From NCBI GenBank assembly GCA_010405405.1, contig MU004235.1, positions 1,006,538 through 1,070,537 on the forward strand: a stretch of DNA of 64,000 bases. The letters run 5' to 3'. Below, piece after piece: positions 12,497 to 25,289 of this stretch (its first letter is position 1; each line of letters opens with the position of its first letter). The position numbers were made by a program, and so were the translations under genes. Origin of the DNA: Microthyrium microscopicum (taxonomy: Eukaryota). Below the pieces are notes generated by a model that did not search any database, was not told the DNA's origin, and saw only the letters and a list, made by a program, of their open reading frames with translations.

Positions 12497-14407
12497 ATGG
12501 AGCGACCAACAGATCTTGTTATTCTATCTTCTTCACCGCTGCCCGTTATCAAAGCAGACTTCAGCTCAAAGCTACAAGCGGAAAGTACTTCATTGACACA
12601 TCCCTCTTTTGACGCATCTTCAGATGATGCAGAAGTCACTCCTTACTCGTCCAGAAAACTTGCTGGCGGCAAACATGCCAGTCCATTACCAGAAGGAGCA
12701 CTGAATAGTTTTCAGAGAGCTAGTCTATTGCCTCGGGAAGAATCTCTGTGGGAGCCACCGGAGACCGAAGAGAAGCCAGTGAAAAAACGAGGGCGGCCAA
12801 AGAAGGATCCGTCAAAAACTGCGGAACAAGTGTCAAAGCCAAAAGCACCACGAGCACCGAGAGCACCAAAAGTTCCCAAAGAGCCGAAGAAACCAAAGGA
12901 GCCGAAGGAACCTAAGAAACCAAAGGAGCCAAAGGAACCTAAGAAGGCACCTGCCAAGAGGGCAAGCAAGGCAACCGAACCGAAGAAGCGGAAAGGAAAA
13001 GAAAATATGCCTACGAACGAAGATGGGAATGTTATAGACCTCACAAATTTGCCTGTCTCGCCAACTAGGCGAAGAAAGTCATGGACCCCTGTCCCAGGTT
13101 CCCCTGCTTCAGTTGGAACAGGTCTCACTACGGTTCTTTCAGGCTTTGCCTATGACAATCCACCCAGCAGATCTATGAGCCCGCAGAAACCTCCTCTTCA
13201 AAAAGAGAACTCCTTCCTAAAGCGCAAACGAATTGAGCTTATGAGTCCACTTATGGGTTCAGAAGCTCTCGCGCGACGTTCTTCGGATCCAAGACCAAAA
13301 GAGCCATCACCGAAGAAGAAACCAAAAACAATCACAGATATGTCAGTTGAGAAATTCGGGCCACAGACTAATCAGCCGTCAGTCCAAGACATGTTTACCG
13401 TGGAGAAGGCTATTGAATTAGAGCAGAACGCATTGGCTGCGCTGAAGGACAAGAAAGGGGCAAAAAGGCCTAGAAAAGCAACGATTTCCAAGAAGAAGGT
13501 TGAGGCAAAACCGAAACTAGTCTCTCCACTTACTGCAGCAAAACGGCATGAAGCACAAAACATTCAATTCGGCACTTCAAGTCAACTAGCGGGTGCTTTG
13601 GCATCGATCGAGAAAGCAGTGCCACCTTCCAAGAAACCGCCTGTCCCCAAATTCCGCTTTGCAACAGCCAACACCGGCACATCTGGAGGTATCTGGGGAG
13701 CAGAAGTGTCTTCATCGGTTCAGAACATGTGGGCTGCTGAACTCGATCAGCAAGCTTCAAAGAGTGCTCCGGTAGACACCGAACCTGTCCATCATTCTAG
13801 CGATTTCCAAGACATTGACGATATGTGTAGCCCTCAACCTAAGCCACGAGTCAAGTCACCTCTGAAAATACCGTCATCGGACTTTGAGGATATCGATGCT
13901 TTTGAGCTCGTCGTACCCAAGACACTTCCCCCAGCTACCCAAAAGGATTTTATATCTATTGCGACTCAAAACGACTTTATACCCATCGACGACATTCTTG
14001 ACTCCGAACCAGAATTATCACCCACTCCGCCGCGTCTACCCACGACACCTTCACAGCTTCCCCTCACTAGCAAATCTCCGTCCAAGGCTAAACGCCGAGT
14101 GCTACGCGAGGTTCGCGAAGACTGGGAAATATCCAAAAGAAGCGTTTTTGCCCGCATCACTAAACTTGTCACCAGCTTGCCGCGTTCGCAAAGTCTGCGT
14201 GAGCCGACCTGGTATGAGCGCATGCTCATGTACGAACCTATTGTCATTGAAGAATTCACAAAGTGGCTGAATGAGCGCGGTGTTCAGGCGGGTGAAGGCG
14301 ACACGCAGGGCGAGGTATTACCATGGATGACACAGCAATGGTGTGAAGACCAGAGTATATGTTGTGTATGGAAACTTACGAATCGGAAGACATCACGAAA
14401 GCGATAA
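12497..14407 (+). CDS. SLX4: Structure-specific endonuclease subunit Slx4
   Basis: C-terminal domain TWYERMLMYEPIVIEEFTKWLN...WCEDQSICCVW; FGTSSQL, RRKSWTP and KKKPKTIT motifs of fungal Slx4. Confidence 0.9.
   Translation: MERPTDLVILSSSPLPVIKADFSSKLQAESTSLTHPSFDASSDDAEVTPYSSRKLAGGKHASPLPEGALNSFQRASLLPREESLWEPPETEEKPVKKRGRPKKDPSKTAEQVSKPKAPRAPRAPKVPKEPKKPKEPKEPKKPKEPKEPKKAPAKRASKATEPKKRKGKENMPTNEDGNVIDLTNLPVSPTRRRKSWTPVPGSPASVGTGLTTVLSGFAYDNPPSRSMSPQKPPLQKENSFLKRKRIELMSPLMGSEALARRSSDPRPKEPSPKKKPKTITDMSVEKFGPQTNQPSVQDMFTVEKAIELEQNALAALKDKKGAKRPRKATISKKKVEAKPKLVSPLTAAKRHEAQNIQFGTSSQLAGALASIEKAVPPSKKPPVPKFRFATANTGTSGGIWGAEVSSSVQNMWAAELDQQASKSAPVDTEPVHHSSDFQDIDDMCSPQPKPRVKSPLKIPSSDFEDIDAFELVVPKTLPPATQKDFISIATQNDFIPIDDILDSEPELSPTPPRLPTTPSQLPLTSKSPSKAKRRVLREVREDWEISKRSVFARITKLVTSLPRSQSLREPTWYERMLMYEPIVIEEFTKWLNERGVQAGEGDTQGEVLPWMTQQWCEDQSICCVWKLTNRKTSRKR
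12887..12945 (+). repeat. Coding tandem repeat (27-bp unit x2, within a longer KxP/KEP run) in SLX4
   Basis: aagaaaccaaaggagcc(g/a)aaggaacct twice, encoding KKPKEPKEP. Confidence 0.85.
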
Positions 14408-14631
14408 CGAGATTATGAGATCATTGAAGCATAGTGTCTAGGAAGCGAAACGGCATTATACATAGCATGGAATAGCATTGATTTATTTTGCTGTAGGATG
14501 TTCTAATCATACATCGTTTATTCTAATCAGAACTACTCTATCAGCTGCAGTCAGAGCACAATTTCCTTTTATCATGAGCCATAGAATACTCCGTATAGAC
14601 TCAACACCTTTTTTCGACCTTGGAAGCCATT

Positions 14632-17025
14632 TTATGTCTGCTCTACCGGTAGCCGCAAATGGGATTCACTACCAATTCGTGTGCCCATGTACACGTCCAG
14701 TGCCGAAGCACCAGAGTCTCTAAACTCTTTGGAATCAGTACTCTGTACGCTTTGTCTCCGCGCCTCCTCATCTTTGTTGGTACTCATGCTATCTCCTCGA
14801 GCATTACCGCTGACAGCATCGGGGATCTCGTCATGCTTTTGCTTGCTCGCCTCCAGCACCTGACACGGACATCGATTTAAGGTCCCGCCTGTCTTTAACA
14901 CTGCCATGAGCGCCGCTTCAAGCAGCCGGTTCTCGCGCTCCAGTGCGTCGAGTCGCGCTTCTAGACGAGCATTCTTAGAACCGGAGGTGCCACTCGAGCA
15001 GATGGAAGTGCGTGGATTCGGTATTGGTGGACCCTGGGGTGGTGCTGGGAAGGCAGTGCTCAGAAGCAAATGCTTACTACTCGATGGCTGCGGTCCGCCA
15101 GGCAGGCCACTCGAGCTCTGGTTGCTATGCTGAATGAGGAACTGTGGTGGAAGACCAAGTTTTGGTCTTGGATGAGGAGTTTTCGGGAACGCGGAGAATT
15201 TGGTGCTGCGTTTGCGTACATTGTTATTTTTGGGAGATATAGACGGCGTAGCGACTTCGTGCTGTGGTGTTGACGGTTCAGATGGAGATTGCTGAAGTCG
15301 AAAGTCTGGTGCCAATGTTGGAGACTCTTCTTCAAAGATGTTGGTCGGCCATTCATGATTCTTCATCGGAGAAGTCTTACCCGAAGGATGTTCTGCCTGG
15401 TGGATATCACTCGCCGTCTCTTCTTCTGTGACCGGGAATACTGGCGAGAAGGATCTTTCAGGTGGAGAGCTCCTTCTGTCGTGTGTACCTCGAAGCTGGA
15501 GAGATGCTACTCTAGGTGGCAGCTCGTATGTAGTCGGACCCAGTATAGCTTCTTCATCGTAGTAGTCTCCGGAATCGATACTGTCAAGGTCCAAAATGGA
15601 AGTAGAGCGATGATTATTTCTCGGGCTTGTCTTCATATTCTCCCGGTGACTAACTCGTCGCAGTCCACCACCAACGAGGCGATCAGCGTAAGGTTTGCTA
15701 GGTCGCAGGTTGATATGAGAAGAAGCTTTCGTGATCTTGGAGAGGACAGGTGGAACCTCTGGCAAGTCCTTTTCCCCAGCTTTCGTCCGAAAGTCGTCAT
15801 TGTCCGAGTGAAAGTGGAGACCGACTATAGGAGTTGTTTTCTTGGTCTCAGTGTGAGCATCAGCAGACGATTCTCCCGCCATCTGATCAATAATGGAAAG
15901 ACCAAAGCCACTGTCTGCGCCTTTGCTAGATGTAAAGGTTGACCGACTCGTTGTTGAGAGGTTTCTATCCAACCTACCCGTCTCCGAGCTCTTCTTTGAC
16001 GTACTGTCTGCTGGCTGGACGCTTAATTCTGATCGTGGAGGTGCCACCGTGAAGTTTGCGATCCAAGAGTCGAGCGCTTCTGTGCTGATCGCGCTGGAAC
16101 CAGACATGTTGACTGAGAGTCTATGTGATTCTGTTCGAGAAAGGTCATCCCTAAACTCATGAGTATCTTAGCCTTTTTGCAGATGCTGTTGGACTCACGC
16201 ATTGCTTTCGCGTGGGGAGTTCGGATCCGTGATGATCTGTAGATACTTCGTTCCTATCCTCATAAGTTAGCAGACATCTATCAGATGCAGCGCGGATAAC
16301 TAACCGTCCTTTGAAACCTTTTGGACAATCTTACTACTTGGAGTCGCTTCTGCTTTAGCAGTTTCTCTACACATGATGTTAGCTACCAAGTCTTCTTATC
16401 ATGGCCCCAGATCACTTGCGCTTCACCACTTGCCGAACTCTCCTTCCTCTTCCTAAATATCGGCAGCCCAATCATCCGTCTAAGCTTATTATCATCCCTC
16501 CCTTTATCATCTTTTGCCGGTGGACCCGTAGTCTTGAGGAAGTAAGCCATGTCAACAGTATCCCCCGGCCTTCCAACCTCGGCCGTTGCCACACCACGAG
16601 GAGCATATCCACCACGCAAACTAGAATCGTCTGAGCTCCCAGGACTCGCATCCAAAGCCGCAGTAGTTGAGCGCATAATGCTGTGCGTAGAGCTGCTGTC
16701 CTCACCTCTAGTAAGGGAGGACGACGCAGGCGAATCGTTCTCAGCAGTGACAGCCAGACTGCTGGCATCCGGCGAAATCGCAGTAAGAGGCTGTAGAGCA
16801 GAAGCCCATGAATATCGCTGGGAGACACGAGAAGGAGGACGATCTCGAGAGCGGGTGTTTAAGCCGGATGATCCTACGAACCGAGGGAGTTAGAAAGGCA
16901 GCTCGCTTGAGGGAGGAAAGAGTGACCGTGAGGCCAAGGGGGAGGGGAGGGAAGCTGGAACAGGCGTAGTGTCTGATAAAAGCATTAGGTTTACTGGCAT
17001 TACTTCGAAATCTCCTTTTCGACAT
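14632..17025 (-). CDS. Conserved fungal hypothetical, low-complexity protein with C-terminal coiled coil (multi-exon; start uncertain)
   Basis: Exons encode DMAYFLKTTGPP, IVQKVSKDG|TKYLQI and a 491-aa terminal ORF with LEARLDALERENRLLEAALMAVLKTGGTLNRCPC. Confidence 0.65.
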
Positions 17026-18323
17026 GTTGGAAGGAGCCAGCCTAGGCCCATGTGGTTTACTTGCGATTCATACATGTTTCTTAGTAGTGGTGCATATGAT
17101 GCAGAGGCACACCTCAGTTCTTACGGAAATTTGGAGTAATTTTTAGGGAAAAAGCAGGAAGTGAGAACCATACCAGAAGACGGGACTTGAATCATTTTGG
17201 CCTTGGAGAACCGAGCTATCGAGGGATATCCGGCACTTGTCTTTGACCGGCTCAGTGCTGGCACGGCTGCTGGATGAGTCGGACTGGGACTAGTAGAATT
17301 CGGAAATATGTTGTCGGCAACATGCATTTGACGGCACAGTAGACAGGCAACGGGAATCGAACGGTTGTAGCCGTTTAGCCCGACAGAGATTCTAGAAAAT
17401 CTGGTTAAAGGTTCGTTGATGTGTGGTATCCCAAATTGGGAAGACAAGGCTGCGACTCCGAATGGGTGTGGACGTTGATAATGGGGAACAACCAAAAGAC
17501 AAAAGAAGCAAAAAGGCCAACAAAGCGGTCCAATCTCAAATGGGTAGATCGAGCATAATATCACCGCTTTCCAGGCCAGCTCGCCGTCAAATGTCTTGCA
17601 GAATCGGGCGCCATTTAAGAATCTGGAGTGACAAGCGGAGTACATGTTGTACAACGGTTGGTACACCACGACCAGAATAGGTTGGAAAGCTCGCCCTTGA
17701 TAGCACAAACGTCGTGAGACGTAAATGCGCGGCACTAAGAGCATGATATAAGCATGGTATACAAAGATTTTAGTTCACTGAAGAGGAGAGATACATGTTC
17801 GTATGCAAGCCACCTAGCAAGACATTAAGAGTCAAGCAAGGCATATACGCGAACTGGACTGACACATGGCGCTTGCCTGTAGTGTAATCGCCGTACTGAT
17901 GTGGAGTGAACCTACAAGTTAGTCTAGTGATGCAGATGGACCGGGCAGCCCTCCAGGTTACACACATTAGAAACAAGTCGCACAAAAGTTGGCTCTCCAG
18001 TCCGGATTGGCTCGCAGATGATTTGACAGGACACTAGAGATCGGTGTTTGGGCTGAACGCGATCCAGCCGGATCCACGATTATATTACAAGATATTTGCT
18101 GATTCTTTCCTTCTGTTCCCGGTTCCAGTTCCAATCTTTTTCTATCCGCTGTAATCAGGCCGCTTATGCATGGGAATCAAATCTCTGTCGGTCCCTGACA
18201 GGACCGGTAACACCAAAGGCAAGGAAAGCCTTCTAAAGTTCTACATAACACGCTATGCTAAAACAAACTAAGACTACAATGATTTTATTCTTGGCTGATG
18301 AGGTTTGCGAGTCCATCCAAGGA

Positions 18324-21300
18324 TCATGACGGTTTTGGCTTTTTCGCCTTTGGGAGGAAAGGATTTACTGCCGCTGGCTTTCGCTTTATACGCACCTTAG
18401 GTTTCGCAGCGGGTTGTGCAGGACCAGATGGAGGGGGGATAGTTGCTTGTCCAGGCTGTTGGCGGGGATCTGTTGTAGGTAATGCAGCGTTGGAGGGAGC
18501 CGATATGCCCGGAAGATTTGTGATGGGAGCTTGAGCGGTGGTCGAAGCACGTCGAAGAGTACTTGGCTGCTGAGAAAGGGGAGGTGCATCGGTCATCTCA
18601 ATATCAATAGGCGAGAGATTGCCTCTCGACTCTCGACGCGAAAGGTCTACATGTTGACCAGAAACCACTTGTTTTTGAAGTGAGTCTCTAGAATCTCGAC
18701 GCGCCGAGTCTGCCCGAGGTCCTGTAGGAACCTGTTTTGAGTTTGAATCTCTAGAGCCCCGATGCGATGCATCTGCTCGGGGTCCAGTAGGAGCTTGCTT
18801 TGGATGTCGAGGTACGTCAATAGCTTTTTGACCTGGAGTTGAGCTTGATGCATTTGGGGCCCGGAGTTGTGCCTTTATACCATTTTGCATGTAGTTCTGA
18901 GCAGCAGCAGAAGGCGTACTTCTTCTCAACTCTCCAGAAAAATTGCCTGTCGAGAAACTTCCACGTTTCTGGGCATCCACAATCAACTTCTTCCAGAACT
19001 CGCCACGAAGCAGAGATTCCGAGTTGCCCAGAACCCAAAGTGACGACTTAGCACGCGTGAGACCAACATTCATACGACGAATATCTTGCAAAAACCCAAT
19101 GCTTCCAGCAGGCGAGGCTCGCACGCAGGAAAAGATGATGACTTCGCTCTCACGGCCTTGAAACGCATCAGTTGTATTGAATTCAACAGCACTCAGGATC
19201 CGATCTCCGTAGTGTGCAGAGAAACGGCGCTTCAATTCCGCAAGCTGACTTTTGTACGGCGTGATGATGCCAACCTTGCCTGAGAGATCGTAGTGATGAT
19301 CAAAGTCTGTAACAAGGCGATTGTATAGCTGCATGGCCACTTCAATTTCAGCAATATTGATAAGGGAGTGTCCCTTTGGTGCTGCTTGATGTTGACCTTT
19401 GACGTCAAAGAAACGATATGGGCCCAGCAAGGGGTTGCTGTGCCACGGACGTTTTCTAATCTCGTCCATGCCAGGGCCATCGAGAAGTAGGCCGTCGTAG
19501 AACGTGGCGCTAGGGAATCTGCTGATCTCAGAGTGCATGCGATATTGTGTGTCGAGGAGGTGAACGTCCTTTGGGCTATTTTCCTGCATACGGACGAAAA
19601 GACTCTTTTCGTAGGCATAGCGTGAAGCTTCTTTAGACAATACTGTAGGTGGAAGCTGCTTTGGATCTCCAACCAGAATACATTTGGAGCAGCCATATTT
19701 GAGTGGAATCAGGGCGCTGGCTTCGACGCACTGAGCAGCTTCGTCAACCACGACAGTTTCAAAGTCGATGTTGACATGCTGGAACATTTCATGGCCACTA
19801 CCGGAGAGCGTAGCACAGAGAATATGGGCCGAATTGATGACTTCTTGCTGAACACGTTTGCGCTCGGCTTCGACGGCACGAAAGGCTTGTTGCTCAGAAT
19901 CTTTGAGAGCATCAACTTGGCCTCCCAGCGTGGTCTTTTGCCGTCGCAGAGCATCGAATGCTTGCTTGTTTGCTGCTGTATCGTCTTGCTGCATAGCCTC
20001 TCTAGCTTTGTTTAGTTTCTCAGATACTTCTTTATGTTTCATCATGAGCTCTTGGGTCTGCGTACGATCCGGCCCGCCAGCGTTCTTGGAGAGACGAGCG
20101 CTGACAAGTTCTTCCAAAGTGACGTCTTTTACTGCTGAGTTGACAGCGTCAGAACGGCCGATACGGATCACGTTGATCTTCTTGTCCAGTCCAGTAACCG
20201 TTTTCACGCCTTCCTTGAATCTCATGACTAACTCATCGACAGCGGCATTACTGGGAGCACACACCAAAATCTTCTTTGGCGCTTCATCTCCAACTTTTGC
20301 CATGCCTTGTGGTCTGGTCAAGACTTCAGTCAAAAGAGCTCCCACAATGGCAATGATAGTTTTAGTTTTACCAGAGCCAGGCGGACCTTGAATCAGCGTG
20401 AAGGCATCATTGTCAATAGCAGACTTGACTGCTTTGGACTGTGCCTTGTTCAGACTATAATTCCGCATGATTGGAGTCAAGGCAGCATCGCCGTATTGTA
20501 AAAGGTGACTAGGCTTTCCAGAGAGAATGTACTCGCTTAGGTCGTAATGCTGTAAACTGACAAGTGTTCCGTACTCGCGTTCGAGAGGAGTTAAGGAATG
20601 AATCTTGACACCCCAAAGAGGTAAATCTGGCCGTATTTCGCGAGAGAGAGGAGTACCTTGCACAGCTCGATAGACAATCTCGAGCTCCTTCTTCTTTCGC
20701 GAGACTTTGTGAACTCTAACCAAACAGTGTGGGACATTAGGATTCGCAATTGGATTGTCAGCCATGGATAGCAAGACAATGTCACCTTCTCCGACCTCCC
20801 GCTTCTCCGTAGCAGCCATGACCGTCGAAATCTCAATGAAGGCATTGACGCTAGCTCGATTGGCGACTTTGATTTGGAATGACTGAAAAGAGTTCTCTTC
20901 TCGAGCTTTGACAAAGCCTTGCCAGGCTTCCAGAAGCAGCAATGGTTCCATGATATGCTTGTACTCCAGTGGATTTTCATAAGCGGACAAGACGTCCTTG
21001 TATATGCTGGAATCGGTTCCTGGGGGTACATCTCCATCATAGAAGTAGTCCCATGCAAGGATAATTTGATGCAACGAAGAAAGATCCGGAGCAAGTCTTG
21101 CTCGCATGTCCTTAGCAGTTCGTACCATCCGCTTGATCTTCAGCGGGCCTCTTGGCTTCTCCTTGATCATCTGGAGCGCGTATGGATCTCGTTTGATAAC
21201 AACTCCTGCGCCTTTGATGCCTCTTAAGGCTTCGTCCATGTCGACCTCTCCTTCTGACTCTTCTTCATCCTCGGAATCCACGTCAACGTATATCTCACTC

Positions 21301-24300
21301 TTGCTCTGTGGCATTAACTCAGCAATTTTGGCTTCGCGCGCTTTTCTAGCCGCCTCCTTCTTCAGTCGATCAGCTTCCTTCTCAGCAGCACGCTGGTTGC
21401 GGATTAATGCAACTTCAGCAGCCTTTTTGGTATCCGATTTTGACGGTATACTTGGCTTTAAGCTGATGGAAGGTTTCTTTGTCGGCTGAGATTCTCGCAG
21501 TTTCGCGTGAAGGTCTACTTTCTTGACTGAGGGCTTTCTGTCTGAAGCAACTGATACTTCAGCAGTGCCCATCCAGCCCTTGAGGCTGCCTTGTCTTGCT
21601 TTGGAACTCTTGACTATATCCAAAAGCTGGGGCGGTCGCTCGATTTCCAATGTCTCCTCCAATGAAGCAATTTGATTATTGTTGAGCTTTGTCTTGATCA
21701 TCTTCTTCGGGTCCGTACTACAAACCGTAGTGACGAATTCTCGCACATCTGCGGGTATTTGCAGAGTCTCAGCGCGATGCTTCTTGACAATCTTGTTGAA
21801 AATGCTCACAACGGATGATATGAGGAATGGATCAGCAAGGCGAAGCCAAACGACCATCGATGAGAGGGTCTTGTTCGGATCCATGAGAAGCCGATTTGTA
21901 ATTTTAGTTCGTTCCGCGTCATCAGCGTCCTCTACGATGACGGCGTCCACTAGAATCTCAAGGTAGTCATAGAGTGTTTCAGCCAACTGGATCGAATCTC
22001 TACAGAATTCTTCAAGCTCAGACTTCGAGTAACCACGTTTGCTCCAGTCTTCTGTTCTCCTGAAAACGCCGTCCAAAGCAGCCCAGATATAACTCCACAG
22101 TCGTTCCGTGGCTTCGCATTCTGCTATTCCGATTTCTTTAGACCGTAATAGACCATCATGTGAATTGAAGAGGGCATCAACGACATCGGTGCAAATTCGA
22201 ACCATTCCAGCGTTTGAATCAAATACTCCGCTTTTCTGGATGCCGTTAACGACATTACCGATTGCGCCGATCGAAGAATGATAGGCTGTGTCGATCATGT
22301 TGCGAATTGCATCCCGACGAGATTCACCATCTGTCATGTTCTTCAAGATTTCGGAAGTGATTACTCGAACTTCTGCAGGGAAAAAGAGAGTTGCAATAAG
22401 GCCATTAGCCAGATGCGCGCTCTTGAACATGCTGTTTAGTTCGTGCTGGTTCCAGGTACTCATGAGCTCAAGTATCTCCTTGATATGGTTGATCGCGAGA
22501 CTATAAGATGCATTATAGCGCTTCTGGAGATCGGAAGGACGAACTCCGGCTTTTTCGGGCAGCTTGCCACACATCAAGAGACGTCGACAACCCAGAAGAA
22601 CGTGAGTGGAGAGGGCATAGGCTCCACCCAATTGAGCAGCCTTGAGAAGATGCTTCCAGACATACGTGGAAGCTTCGAAGAGATGTGCAGGCGGCATTTG
22701 ACTTTTGATGATACTTTTGAAGGCCTGGAAGACTCGGCTAATATCTAAGTCAACCGCATTTTCAATAACTGATAATGAAATTGGAGTTTGCACCATAGTC
22801 TGGTTGGTGAGTCCACGAGCCGACATGATGATCTCTAAAGCCCACTTGTCGAAAACTGCAGTCATCTCAGTAACGCAGATGGGGTCAACCGCTATTGCCT
22901 TCGAATTAGCATCAGATGTTTCAAAGTTGGTAGCATGTATCAGAGAGACCATGCTAGAATTGATTGTTTCCAATGCCATGTTGAATAGTGCTTCGCGCAA
23001 AAGCGTGGGAATTTCGTGGTCCTGATGAAGTCTAATGAGATTTGACGCCCAAGTACGACTAGCCAGAGCCTGTTTGTCGGGTGATAATGAATTCTGAAAT
23101 GGAATCAAAACCATGTGAATAGGAGCCAGTGCTCCCACGTCATTGCCATGAAGCAGTCGCCGGAAATTGGGACTATCGAATATATTCTCGATGACTGTGG
23201 TTGGGCTGATAGTTCCCATAGCATCCCAGTAGGTCTTTGGGGCCTTTTCCAATATATGAACGAGGGTTGACAGAAGATCTGCGAAGCAATCTGGCTCCAA
23301 GTCTAGATGCATGTGATTGAGAGGGAGCATGAAGACATTGGACACATTTTCCAAGCCAGGAATCGCATCAGTCATGAGCTGGTCACTCGAATGGGATGAT
23401 ATTATGTTCAGTCCGTTCCAGAATGTTGGAAGGAAAGGCTGATCCAAGTCACTCAAGGCGACGCGTCTTAAAGCAATCGTCAATGGTTCTCGGATCGCAT
23501 TTTCCCATTCAGCTTTGATAGGGGATCTCTGGAGCCGTTTCCAGTTTTTTTCTGCCCATTGGCGCCGCAACGGTTTACCAGAGAATAAGAAAGCGCCCAA
23601 CGCAGGCAGATAATTGTCAGGCTTTAAAGATTTGACACCACCCAGTAGCTCAAACGGCTCATCAAAGTGCTGTGATAACTTGGATTCGTTCTGAGAGTAT
23701 GCAGGAGAAGCCATAGCTTCAAGAAAGCCAAACAGGATATTCTGGTCAAGATTCTTTATCTTTCGTTGAACCGGCTCAAGACGCCGAAGACGATTGGTCC
23801 CATCATCCAAAGCTTGGCTAATCCGGTCGTTGTTGAAGATGTTGATTCGCAAAAAGAACTCCTCGAGCACTGTATCATCAAATATTTGATGCTGCAACTC
23901 GATTCTCTTTTCTCCAAGCAATCGATAATAGTGCCGAACGCAGATTGGACATCCTGTTAATTGTGCTTCAATGCCGTTCTTCAGGGCAGTTTTTAAGACA
24001 TCTGAAGCCTCGCTATCATATCCCATAATGTTAATAGCAGTCAGGAAGTTTGCTTGTCTCTTCTTGAACCGACTCTTTGCTGTTATTCTGCGTTTCTGTA
24101 AGGATAATTTGCCATCCGCGTCATCGGGATCAGAATCAGCAGAGGCTTTGCCAGCTTGTGCGAGCACATCTTCATCAAAGTACGCTGTGGAGTCATTGGC
24201 ATCTTCGTAGGGACAAAACCAATGGACGTTCGGGTCCAGATCCAGTAATTGCCTAATGTGGAAAGCGCGATTAGCAAAGATCAAGTTTTGTAAACATGTT

Positions 24301-24343
24301 CCGGGGCCTACCGGATGGCATCCTTCATAGCCTCCTCCTCCAT
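18324..24343 (-). CDS. SEN1: Sen1 / senataxin SF1 RNA-DNA helicase
   Basis: HWFCP N-terminus, LIQGPPGSGKT, LVCAPSNAAVDEL, VVDEAAQ, LVGDPKQLPPT, QYRMH, DAFQGRE, RRMNVGLTRAK. Probable exon 1 MEEEAMKDAIR with intron 24253-24311. Confidence 0.96.
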
Positions 24344-24800
24344 AGTGGTCTAGGCTAGGAAGTGAACTCAGATATGAACAATTATTCAACATGCATGCTA
24401 CCTAATAAAAAAAGAAGAAGGATGGAGTGCGGATGGCGAAGCGCCGAAGATTGGGCAGCAAAGTTGAGGTTTGAGGGATGGCTCAGTTTATAAAGGCTGG
24501 AGCTGGGTATCACTTGAGTATGTTGGTAGATTCCAGACACCTCGAAAGTTGTGGTGTCTCGAGTTCTTGGCCGCAACCTCGTAACACTCTACCACCTCTT
24601 GAGCAAGGAGTAGTTTCTTCAGTTCTTAGTCGTCAATCCTCACTCCAGCGCTGAGCTAAGATAAACCGCAGAACACCTTATAGGCAGCCGCAACCCCACT
24701 CAGTAAGAATCCTAGACAGCAAAATCCTTGGAAGTGATGGAGTGATGGGAAACGGGGAGTACTGAAGTTGCGTTGTGCGGATGGTTTGGCATGGAGTTTG

Positions 24801-24821
24801 GCAACGCGTTGCTACGCGAAA
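24801..24821. promoter_or_regulatory. MCB/SCB-like CGCG cluster in the SEN1/DOM34 divergent promoter
   Basis: Perfect 12-bp palindrome GCAACGCGTTGC followed by ACGCGAAA. Confidence 0.35.
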
Positions 24822-25289
24822 GGGTTGCACGCTAGACCGTTTATAGGTTTAAGTGTCGGGCAATAGAAGATCCGCGGCTGAACTAAGCGCTAGGAGGTAG
24901 TTGCCAAAATTGGATTCTACTCAAGCGCGCAATAGACGCCTCTGACCTAGCGCGGGGCTTTGCTTGTCTCATCATTGATGACCCCGCGATAGGAATTTTG
25001 GTGTTGAGTTTCTGGATTCCTCTGGTACCGAGCTTGACTGAACCTTGGTTTGCTTGAAGATATATCGACCTCGAGCTGTATCGGGTATAAAACTCGCATT
25101 GTTCTATCTTTCAACACTGTTTCTTAATTCTATCTCCTCATCTCATACTATTGCTGCCTGTGATATCTCTAGGCTTCCCAACTCTACAAATTACTTCCAT
25201 TCGCATCAACGCCGCCACCCTTCCAACCCCAACTTCTACCATTTGCGACCCCACGAACAAACCTTTCCCTTATCAGCCTCAAGGACATC

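Noticed and set aside
18001..18072. Imperfect hairpin enclosing ATGATT...CTGA, resembling a C/D snoRNA
   Set aside because: Box C is imperfect and the internal span is only ~40 nt; no recognisable guide sequence.
18324..24392. Many antisense/overlapping ORFs in the ORF track (in SEN1 and other long genes)
   Set aside because: Shadow ORFs expected from codon structure of the real genes.
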